Assembly (NCBI GenBank): GCA_028826165.1
Contig: JAPDFW010000059.1
Coordinates: forward strand, 372,001-436,000
Source: Anaeramoeba ignava BMAN
Lineage: Eukaryota; Protista; Anaeramoebae
Direction: 5' to 3'
DNA: 64,000 nucleotides
Shown: piece after piece, positions 32,916-49,515 of the stretch
How positions within the stretch are numbered: position 1 is the first letter of the stretch
Layout of the letters: each line of letters begins with the position of its first letter
The notes under the pieces: model-generated
Database searches by the model: none
Told to the model about the DNA's origin: nothing
What the model saw: the letters and a program-made list of their open reading frames with translations, nothing else
Program-made: the position numbers and the translations under genes

Positions 32916-35900
32916 TTAAAGTTGAAGAAACTGAAAAACTTTTGCTAATTTGCTTGAAAATTGTTGAGTATCACCACGTTTCAAAATGAATAAAACTGTA
33001 TTTAAATCCTCATCAATATCTTCATCATAATCAGAAGTTTTAGAAACAGTTGAATCAGGTTCAATTATTCTAATTATAATTTTCAAGTTTGTAAGTTTCA
33101 CTTTGAATTTAAATAAATTTGGATATTTCCATTCAAATCCAACCAAATTAAGTGTTTTTTGAAGATTTGCTGCAATTTCCACTTTGGATAATTTAGATGT
33201 TTTCTTTATGATTTTATAAGTATTTGAAACGTTTGAACTCAATTGACTTTTTTGATAAAAATCTGACAGCATTTTTGGAACGTTTGTTTTTGTGTTGATT
33301 TGTTTTGGTTCACTATTCATTTTTGCCATTTTCTTGCTGTTTTTTACTTTCTTTTGATCTTTATTCACTTCTTCTGAAATGGTTCGTTTTTTTTCTTTTG
33401 GTTTTTTGTTTGATTTTTTCTCTTTATTTTTTCCAAATATTCTTGCAAACCAACTTTTTTTCGGACTTTTTGAAAAAGATGGTCCGATTGGTGATTCAGG
33501 AATTGGTTGTTTTTGAGGTGCCATTGTTTTTTCAAGATGAGTTGTTGAATGATTTTGGTTTTCATTTTGATTTTCATTTTCGTTTTCGCTTTCATTTTCA
33601 TTTACAATTTGATTTTGATTATGATTTTGGATATTTTCATGATTTTCAACATCCATTGAAAACATTTCTTGGGAATCAAAAGGATCATTATCATCAGCTA
33701 TTTAAAAATAAATTAAAATATTAAATCAAATATTAAATTAAATATTAAAATATTAAAATCAAATATTAAATCAAATCAAATATTAAATCAAATATTAAAT
33801 ATTAAAATATTAAAAATCAAATATTAAAATCAAATATTAAATCAAATATTAATATTAACATTAAATTAAATATTAAATATTAAAATAAATATTAAATCAA
33901 ATATTAAATCAAATATTAAAATATTAATATTAATATTAAATCAAATATTAAATCAAATATTAAATCAAATATTAATATTAATATTAAATATTAAAATATT
34001 AAACATTTTTCATCATCAAGAATCATTTGTTCATTAAATTTTATATCCTTGTTTAAATTTATGATATTAAAAGAAAATTAAATCAAATTTAAATCTAAAA
34101 TAAAATATGTATTAAATCAAATATTGTATTGGAAGAGATCCTCTTCAAAAATCAAATATTAAATATTTTCTTTTTATTAAAATATTAACGCAAATTTCAA
34201 AAATAAATGATAAAAACTTTTCAATATTTGGTTAAAATCAAATATTAAATCAAATATTAAAATATTAAATCAAATATTAAAATATTAAATCAAATTTAAA
34301 ATATTTCAAAATTTCTTCCCAAATTTTTAAATTAAATATTAAAATTAAATTAAAATTAAAATTAAAATTAAAATTAAATCTAAAATTAAAATTAAATTAA
34401 AATATTAAAAAATTAAATTAAAATTTAAATTAAAATTAAAAATAAATTAAAATAAATATTAAATATTAAAATCAAATTAAAATAAAATTAAAAATAAAAA
34501 TTAAATCAAAAATTAAAATTAAAATTAAATATTAAAATTTAAAAATTAAAATCAAGAATCATTTGTTCATTGTGTTTTTAAAATAAAAAGAAAAATTAAA
34601 ATTAAAATATTAATTGGAAGAGATCCTCTTCTTGGTCTTTCTTTTGTTTACTACGCATTCTTTTTCAAATAAATGATAAAAACTTTTCAATATTTGGTTC
34701 TTCCGAACCTTTTTAAAATTAAAATTATAATTAATATTAAAATTATAATTAATATTTAAATTAAAATTAAAATTAAAATTAAAATTAAAATTAAAATTAA
34801 AATTAAAATTAAAATTAAAATTAAAATTAAAATTAATATTAAAATTAAAAATAAAATTAAAATAAAAATTAAAATTAAAATTAAAATTAAAATTATAATT
34901 AAAATTAAAATTATAATTAAAATCAATATTTGATTTCAAACCTAATGATTTAAGATAAGAAAGAATTTCTTTTGGCATTTCTTTAAAATTAATTGGTTTG
35001 TTTGTTTTATGTTTCATTGAAGCTATAGAAGGTGGTAAATAACCATCAGGGAAATTTGAACGAAACCAAGGATGTTTTTTAATTTCAGAAATTGTTATTC
35101 TTTGTTTTGGATCAACTGTAAGCATTCTTTGTATTAAATCAACTTTATTTTGTGAAAGTGTATTTGGTATTGTATATACTCCTTGTTCAACTTTTTGTAA
35201 TACTTTTGTTAAATTATTATCATCAAATGGAAGTCTTCCAATAAGTAATGCATACAAAATAACTCCACAACTCCAAACATCTGAAGCCATCCCATCATAT
35301 GGAATTCCCTTTATTATTAAAATTATAATTTATTTAGAAATAGATTTAAAAATTTATTTAGAAATTTATTTAAAAATTGATTTAAAAATTGTTTTAAATT
35401 TAGAAATTGATTTAAAAATTTAATTAGAAATTGATTTAAAAATTTATTTAGAAATTGATTTAGATTTAGAAATTGATTTAGATTTAGAAATTGATTTAGA
35501 TTTAGAAATTGATTTAGATTTAGAAATTGATTTAGATTTAGAAATAGATTTAGAAATTGATTTAGAAATTAATTTAAAAATTGATTTAGAAATTTATTTA
35601 GAAATTTATTTAGAAATTGATTTAAAAATTGATTTAAAAATTGATTTAGATTTAAAAATTGATTTAAATTTAGAAATTGATTTAGATTTAGAAATTGATT
35701 TAGAAATTTATTTAAAAATTGATTTAGATTTAGAAATTGATTTAAATTTAGAAATTGATTTAAATTTAGAAATTGATTTAGATTTAGAAATTGATTTTGA
35801 TTTAGAAATTGATTTAGATTTAGAAATTGATTTAGATTTAGAAATTGATTTAGAAATTAAAATACTCTAACAACTTCAGGAGAAGCATAATGAGGAGAAC

Positions 35901-36403
35901 CACAAGAAGTAGAAGCAAGAGAACCAGCATTAATCAATCTCGCCATTCCAAAGTCAGCAATTTTAATATTTTGTTTTTTATCAACAAGTAAATTTTCAGG
36001 TTTCAAATCACGATGACAAATCAAATGATTATGACAATATTCAAGTCCATAAATAATTTGTTGAAAAAGACAAAGAGCTTCTTCATGAGTAATTCTGCCT
36101 TTATTAACAAGATAATCAAATAATTCGCCTTCTTCCATTAATTCAAGAACAATAAATAAATATCTCGAAGTTTCATAAACATCAATAATTCTGAAGAATA
36201 TGTGGATTCTTCATTAATTTTAAAACTGCAATTTCTCTTCCAACTTTTTGCTTTAAATCGGGATTGTTTAAAAAATGCGTTTTTGGTAATATTTTAATTG
36301 CTACTTTTTCTCCGGTTTCTTTATGTACTCCTAATTTTACTTTTCCTGATGTTCCTACTCCTAATGTTTTTCCTAAAAGATATGGTCCTACGTATTCACT
36401 CAT
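32916..36403 (-). CDS. CAMK-group Ser/Thr kinase, BRSK/SAD-1 (AMPK-related) type, with probable C-terminal KA1-like domain. Intron 35309-35865; frameshift near 36192; middle region (33700-34940) garbled
   Basis: '[22 protein letters not shown]', 'GELFDYLV', '[10 protein letters not shown]', 'IADFGMA', '[13 protein letters not shown]', '[18 protein letters not shown]'. Last exon starts at AG 33699-33698. Confidence 0.85.
35309..35865. repeat. Kinase intron filled with 18-bp satellite (GATTTAGATTTAGAAATT)n
   Basis: Read directly. Confidence 0.9.
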
Positions 36404-36654
36404 TTATTTTTAATTTTTAATTTTTAATTTTTAATTTTAATTTTTAATTTAACACAAAAACAAAAATTGAAAAAATTGAAAAAAATGAAAAATGAAAAAT
36501 GAAAAATGAAAAATGATAAAAAAAATTTTTTTTCTTTTTCTTTTTTTAATTTAAAAAAAAAACAACTCAAGTTTTAATTTAATTTCCTTTTTCTTTTTTG
36601 TTTTAATTTCCTTTTTCTTTTCTGTTTTTGATCTTTTGATCTTTTCTTTTGATC

Positions 36655-36858
36655 TTTTATTTAGATTTATATTTATATTTATATTTAGATTTAGATTTAT
36701 ATTTAGATTTAGATTTAGATTTATATTTATATTTATATTTATATTTATATTTAGATTTATATTTAGATTTATATTTGATTGATTTAATTTATATTTATAT
36801 TTATATTTATTGATTATTTATATTAATTGATTTAATTTGATATATTTAATTTATATTT

Positions 36859-36895
<37 letters not shown>

Positions 36896-36904
36896 AATTG
36901 ATTG

Positions 36905-36935
<31 letters not shown>

Positions 36936-36975
36936 AATTGATTGATTGATTGATTGATTTATTGATTTATTGATT
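36655..36975. repeat. Intergenic microsatellites (TTTATA/TTTAGA)n then (GATT)n
   Basis: Read directly. Confidence 0.85.
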
Positions 36976-37230
36976 TATGAGTTTTGAAAAAGAAATGAAA
37001 TTGAAAGAAAGAGGAATTTTTATTGATTTGAAATGAGAAAAGAAAAAGAAAAAGAAAAGAAAAAGAAAAATCAAAAAATTCCTTCAAAATTTTGAATTGA
37101 ATTAAGAAATTTGTTTGAAATCCAATCAATATGAATTTCTAAAGAATTTAATTGAAATTGAATTGGTGAAAAAGGATTATTCCTTCTTTTTTTTGTTATC
37201 TGATTTTGATTTGAATCTTCAATTATCTTT

Positions 37231-42778
<5,548 letters not shown>

Positions 42779-42932
42779 TTTAAATAATTAAAACTTTTGT
42801 TTTGAAGAAAAAAATGAAAAAAAAATTCTTGTTTTTGTTTTTGTTTTTGTTTCTTTTTTAAAAAGTAAAAAAACTATTTGGAAAAAAATTAACAAGAAAA
42901 AAAAAGGAATTGGGAAGTGTTTTTTTTGAGAG

Positions 42933-44846
42933 TTATTCACAAATATGACTGAGATTATGAGATTCTCCTTGAATCAAAGTATCAAGAGTATTATAAAGCA
43001 TCAAAACAGTACTTATCAAAATGGCACTAACAAAAGCAAAGAGAATAAAGGAAGTTCTTTTATGTTTCTTGACTAAGCAATTCATAAAAAGCTTTCCAAT
43101 AGGGAAAAAAATCAAAGTGATTGCAAAAAACCAAAAACCTTTAGCATAAGGAACTATTCCAAGAAAGAGGTATTGAATAGCAGATGAAGAAGAAGCCAAA
43201 AGAACAATTAAATGCTGATGTTGCTGTTAAAACTTGTGGATCAATGTTCATTTCGATAAAAATAAAGGAAATGATTGTTCCTGCACCAATTCTGAGCATT
43301 CCAGAAATTAATCCATTAAAAAAAAAGACCAAAGAGTAAATGGAGAGATTTTTTTTTGTCCATTTCACATCTCCTTTCTTTTTTGATTTTTATTATTTTG
43401 ATTTGAATAGTTTTGATTTTGATTTGATTTTGATTTGAATATTTTGATTTGAATATTTTGATTTGAATATTTTGATTTGAATATTTTGATTTTGATTTTC
43501 ATTTTAATTTTAATTTGATTTTGATTTAAATATTTTGATTTGAATATTTTGATTTAAATTTTTTTATTTGAATGTTTTTATTTTGAATTGAATATTTTGA
43601 TTTGAATATTGATTTGAATATTTTGATTTTAATTTGAATATTTTGATTTTGAATTTTTTGATTTTGATTTTTTGATTTTGATTTTTTGATTTTGATTTTG
43701 ATTTTTATTTTTATTTTGATTTTGAATTTTTGATTTTTGATTTTGATTTTTTGATTTTTTGATTTGAAATCAACTTACTTCAAATGGATAATTGATTTCT
43801 TCTTTTAATTTTGTTTTATTTAACAAAAATCTGGCAACATAAAGTGTCATTAGTATATTTATTGGTAAAGAAACAGCATCCAATACGAAAAAAAAAGGAG
43901 AACATTTTTCAACACCAACTAAACTTTTTTCTGAACTTCCTCCTTGAAACAATGAAATGAGAAATGCAAAAAACCAAACAATTATCAAAATAAGAAGTCT
44001 TTTGATTCCAAGTTTTTCTTCATTTTTCCTCATTTTTTCAATTTTTTCAGAATCTGGGTTATTAATTTTTTCAGTGATTTTGATTTCCAATTCTCCAAAA
44101 GAAACGGAACTAACCCAATTTTCTTCTTCATGTTCATGTTTTTTTTCATCTTTTCCTGTTGATTTATCTTCATCATCTTTTCCTGTTGATTTATCTTCAT
44201 CATCTTTTCCTGTTGATTTATCTTCATCATCTTTTCCTGTTGATTTATCTTCTTCATCTTCATGTTGTTTTTCAAAATTCAAATTTGAACCATGATTTGT
44301 TAATTTCTTTTGAGATAAATCTTTATCAATTTCTTCAAATTCAATTTCATCATCATTTTTTTTTTCATCAATTTGATATTTCCCAAAACCAACTTCAGAT
44401 TCAGATTCTTTTTTCTTTTCTTTAGATTCTGAACGATATTTAGAAATAGCTTTTTTAGTAGAACGAAAAGAAATGAGAACCAACAAGAGAAAAAGAAGAC
44501 CTTGATTAACCCATTCAGGAAAAAGAATATTAGCTAAAACACCAACAGCAATTCCCTCAAGTGTCATTGGTTGAGCCAAAAGTGCGATATCATAATCAAT
44601 AAGAGGTCTATTTGATTCTGGATGTTTTTTGAAAAAGTTAATGTAAAAAATTGGAATTGCACCTCCAAAAATTGCAAAATTGGATAAATGAACTGTAAGT
44701 GTTGATGAATAACGAAGAACCAAATAGAATATTCCAACAAATACAACACCTCCTCCAATTCCAGCTCCTGCAACTAATAGAGAAAATAATGCAACTAAAA
44801 TTGAAGTAACCAAAAATAAAGGAGAAAAAGCAAATGAATCATCCAT
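42933..44846 (-). pseudogene. TauE/SafE (sulfite exporter) family membrane protein, copy A, possibly degenerate. Intron 43378-43778; +1 frameshift near 43210
   Basis: 'AGAGIGGGVVFV', 'RPLIDYDIALLAQPMTL', 'PQVLTATS'. Extra base versus copy B (AATTAAATGC vs AATTAATGC). Radical substitutions GMLRIGAG, VHLS, TLEG. Could instead be an intact gene with an assembly indel. Confidence 0.6.
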
Positions 44847-45068
44847 TATTGATTTTTTTTTTTAAAAAATATTAAAACTATTTGATTAAGATTTATTTTT
44901 TTTTTTGTTTTAAAAAAAGTAAAAAAATATTAGAAAAATATTTCCAAAAAGAAAAAGTCAAAAAGAAAAGTGAAAAAAATTTTTTTTCTAAATTGTTTTT
45001 TTTTATTCAAAATTTTTCAAAAGATGGGAAAAAATTAGATCTAAAGGATTTATTTTGAATTATTTTGT

Positions 45069-45087
45069 TAAACTAAAATGACTCAGC
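45069..45087. promoter_or_regulatory. Conserved upstream element TAAACTAAAATGACTCAGC (AP-1/GCN4-type TGACTCA core), ~233 nt upstream of TauE-A
   Basis: Identical block at the equivalent distance upstream of TauE-B, in otherwise more diverged flanks. Confidence 0.55.
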
Positions 45088-45415
45088 CTAAAAATGATTT
45101 GTTATCTTTAAAAATAAAAAAATAAAAAAATAAAAAAATCTTATTCAGACTTAATAAATCTTGTTGGATTTTATTTTTCTTTTTGTTTCTTTTTGTTTTT
45201 ATTTTTGATCAAGAAATTTTTAATTAAATTTGCTATAAAAAAAAAATTTTAAAAAGAAACAAAAAGAAAAATAAATTTAAATCTTTAATTACGGAAAAAA
45301 AAAAAGTGGAATTTTAGTTTTGATTGGAAAAAGGAAAAATTTATTTTTTTTGAATTGAATTTTAAAAAAGAAAAAAAGAAAAGAAAAATAATTTTTTTTT
45401 GCTTTCTCTTTCAAT

Positions 45416-48288
45416 TTAATCGCAAAAATGATCCATTTTGTTTTCACTTGTTCCTTTTTTGATAGCAACAATTGTATTATAAAGCATTAGAATTGCACTG
45501 ATTGAAATGGCAATAGCGAAAGTGAATAAAATAAGAGCTGCTTTCTTATATTTTCTGACTAAATAATTCAATGTTAATTTTCCAATAGGGAAACAAATCA
45601 AAGTGATTCCAAAAAACCAAAAACCTTTAGCATAAGGAACTAATCCCATAATTAAAAATTGAATAGCAGTTGAAGAAGAAGCTAAAAGAACAATTAATGC
45701 TGATGTTGCTGTTAAAACTTGTGGAACAATTCTCATCTCAACCAAAATGAATGATGTTATTGTTCCAGCTCCTGCTCCAAGCATTCCAGCAACCAATCCA
45801 TTAGAAAAGCAGACTGAAGAAAAAACGGTGATATTTTTTTTTGTCCATTTCACATCTCCTTGCTTTTTTGATTTTTGATTTTAATTTTGATTTTGATTTT
45901 AATTTTAATTTTGATTTTGAATATTTTGATTTGAATATTTTTATTTGAATATTTTTATTTGAATATTTTAATTTTGAATATTTTGATTTTGAATATTTTA
46001 ATTTAAATATTTTGATTTGAATATTTTGATTTGAATATTTTAATTTGAATATTTTGATTTTGAATATTTTAATTTGAATATTTTAATTTGAATATTTTGA
46101 TTTGAATATTTTTATTTGAATATTTTGATTTAAATATTTTGATTTTGAATATTTTGATTTGAATATTTTGATTTGAATATTTTGATTTGATTTTGATTTG
46201 AATATTTTAATTTTGATTTGAATTTTAATTTGAATATTTTAATTTTAATATTTTGATTTAAATATTTTAATTTTAATATTTTGATTTGAATATTTTGATT
46301 TGAATATTTTTATTTAAATATTTTGATTTATTTGATTTTGAATATTTTGATTTAAATATTTTGATTTGAATATTTTTATTTTGATTTATTTGATTTTGAA
46401 TATTTTGATTTAAATATTTTGATTTGAATATTTTGATTTTGAATATTTTGATTTGAATATTTTGATTTGAGTATTTTGATTTGAATATTTTGATTTGAAT
46501 ATTTTGATTTAAATATTTTGATTTGAATATTTTGATTTGATTTGAATATTTTAATTTGAATATTTTGATTTAAATATTTTAATTTGAATATTTTGATTTA
46601 AATATTTTAATTTAAATATTTTTATTTGAATATTTTGATTTGAATATTTTGATTTGAATATTTTAATTTGAATATTTTGATTTGAATATTTTAATTTGAA
46701 TATTTTGATTTAAATATTTTGATTTAAATATTTTGATTTGAATATTTTGATTTGAATATTTTGATTTTGAATATTTTGATTTGAATATTTTGATTTGAAT
46801 ATTTTAATTTTGAATATTTTGATTTTAAATATTTTGATTTGAATATTTTGATTTGAATATTTTGATTTGAATATTTTGATTTTAAATATTTTGATTTGAA
46901 TATTTTGATTTGAATATTTTTATTTGAATATTTTGATTTTGAATATTTTGATTTGAATATTTTAATTTGAATATTTTGATTTGAATATTTTGATTTTAAA
47001 TATTTTGATTTGAATATTTTAATTTGAATATTTTTATTTGAATATTTTGATTTAAATATTTTGATTTGAATATTTTGATTTGAATATTTTTATTTGAATA
47101 TTTTGATTTAAATATTTTGATTTGAATATTTTGATTTGAATATTTTGATTTTAAATATTTTTGATTTGAATATTTTGATTTTCATTTTAATTTTAATTTA
47201 TTTGATTTTTTGATTTTTTTGATTTGAAATAAACTTACAGCAAATGGATAATTGATTTCTTGTTTAACTTTGGTTTTATTTAACATCAATTTAGCAACAT
47301 AAAGTGTAATTAATATATTTATTGGTAATGAAAGAAAAGTAACTGTCCAAAAAGCAGGAGAACATTTTTCAACACCAACTAAACTTTTTTTTGAACTTCC
47401 TCCTTTTAGAAATGAAATCAAAAAAGTAACTAACCAAACAATAATAAAAAGAAGAAGTCTTTTGATTCCAAGTTTTTCTTCATTTTTCTTCATTTTTTCA
47501 ACTTTTTCAGAATCTACACTATTAGGAACTTTTTCTAACTGTTGCATTTCATATTCTCCAAAAGAAACAACTTCAACCCAATTTTCTTCTTTTTTTTTTG
47601 TTTCTTCTTTTTTTTTTGTTTCTTCTGATTTTTGTGAATCTTCATCATCTTTTCCTGTTGATTTATCTTCTTCATCTTCACGTTGTTTTTCAAAATTCAA
47701 ATTTGAACCATGATTTGTTAATTTCTTTTGAGATAAATCTTTATCAATCTCTTCAAATTCAATTTCATCATCATTTTTTTTTTCATCAATTTTTTGATCC
47801 AAATCTGCTCCATTTTGATATTTTCCAAAACCAACTTCAGATTCAGATTCTTTTTTCTTTTCTTTAGATTCTGAACGATATTTAGAAACAGCTTTTTTAG
47901 TAGAACGAAAAGAAATGACAATCAACAAGAGAAAAAGAAGACCTTGATTAATCCATTCAGGAAAAAGAACATTAGCTAAAACACCAACAGTAGTACCTGC
48001 AAGTGTCATTGGTTGAGCCAAAAGTGCGATATCATAATCAATAAGAGGTCTATTTGCTTCTGGATGTCTTTTTCTTGCATTAACAAATAAAATTGGAATT
48101 GCACCTCCAAAAATTGCAAAATTGGATAAAGGAACTGCAAGTGTTGATGAATAACGAAGAACCAAATAGAATATTCCAACAAATAAAACACCTCCTCCAA
48201 TTCCAGCTCCTGCAGCCATAAGAGAAAAGATGGCAATTAAAAGACTGCCAACTATGAATAAAGCATTAAATTCAAGTGTATCACTCAT
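45416..48288 (-). CDS. TauE/SafE (sulfite exporter) family membrane protein, copy B, intact. Intron 45863-47238
   Basis: 'AAGAGIGGGVLFV', 'RHPEANRPLIDYDIALLAQPMTLAGTTVGV', 'GLVAGMLGAGAG', 'PQVLTATSALIVLLASS'. Phase-0 intron GCT|GTAAGT...AAAG|CAA GGA GAT. Confidence 0.88.
45863..47238. repeat. TauE-B intron filled with 14-15-bp satellite (GAATATTTTGATTT)n
   Basis: Read directly; the same unit occurs at lower copy number in the copy-A intron. Confidence 0.92.
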
Positions 48289-48512
48289 TATTGATATTTT
48301 TTTTTAAAAAAATATTAAAACTATTTGATTTGGTTTTTTTTTTTTTTTGTTTTTAAAAAAAGAAAATATTCCAAAAATAAACTGTTAAGAAAAAAAAAAA
48401 TAAAAGTGAAAAAATTTTTTAAATGAAAAATAAATTTTTTTTTTTTTTTGATGAAACAAAAAATGGGTCAAAAATCTTTTATTATTTATTTTAATATTTT
48501 TATTTAATTTAT

Positions 48513-48531
48513 TAAACTAAAATGACTCAGC
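48513..48531. promoter_or_regulatory. Conserved upstream element TAAACTAAAATGACTCAGC, ~235 nt upstream of TauE-B
   Basis: Paralogous footprint of 45069-45087. Confidence 0.55.
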
Positions 48532-48777
48532 TTAAAAATTAAAAATAAAAATTAAAATTAAAAATAAAAATTAAAATTGACAACTCTTTATAAAATTTTT
48601 ATTGATCTTTTTATTATTTTTTATTTTTATTTTTAATTTTTTTTAATCTTGTTGGATTTTTTTTTCTTTTTGATCAAGAAAAATTTTATAAATTAATTTT
48701 ATAATTTAATTTGCTATAAAAATTTTAAAAGAAGGGGGTTTAGAAAAATTAAATTTAAATTAAAAATTTCTAAAGTT

Positions 48778-49428
48778 TTAAATTTGTTTTGTTTTGTTTT
48801 CATTTCTTATTTGTTTTAACATTTGAGAAATTTTATTTTTCATTAAAGGTTGACCTTTAATTGTTTTTTGTAAAGCTTTTTTTCTTTTTTGATTTCTAAT
48901 TTGTAATTGTTTTTTTCTTTGTTTTTCTTTCATTTTTTTTTCTTTTTGTTGTTGTTTAATAAGCATTTCTTTTTGTAATTTTTGTTTTTCAAAATAAGAA
49001 ACAGCTTTTGAAAAGGGAGAATTTTTTGGATTATTTTTGTTGATTATTTTTTGGATAATTTTTTTGTTGATTCAAATTTTTGTTGATTCAAATTTTTTTG
49101 TTTATTTTTTTTTTGTTTCCGTAAATTTTCAAGTTGTATTTCAACATCTTTATTTGGATCATTTAAATTCTCCTCTTGTTCATCTACTCTTTTAATAACT
49201 TCTTCTAACCATGAAAATGGTTTTTCTTTTCGTTTTAATTTTTTAAATTCTTTTAATATTTTGGCATTTTTTTTTAAAATTCTTTTTTTTTCTTTTAAAT
49301 TTAAAAAATTGAAAAAAAAATTTTTTTTTTTAAAATTAATAATTTCAAAAGTTTCTTTTTTTGATTTAAGAAATAACTTTTTTACTTTCTGTAATAAATG
49401 GATTAAAATGTTTTTGATATTTCTTCAT
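48778..49428 (-). CDS. FYV7/TAP26(CCDC59)-like rRNA-processing protein. Intron 49292-49385; one homopolymer frameshift near 49050
   Basis: C-terminus 'KRKKALQKTIKGQPLMKNKISQMLKQI' resembles the family GQP-x-M motif. ATG 49428 splices GAA A|GT..AAAG|AA in frame into a K/E-rich exon. Confidence 0.7.
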
Positions 49429-49515
49429 TGAATTTTTAATTGAAAGAAAAATGAAAAAAATGAAAAAAATGAAAAAAATGAAAAATGAAAAAAAAATTTT
49501 TGATTGTTTTTAAAT

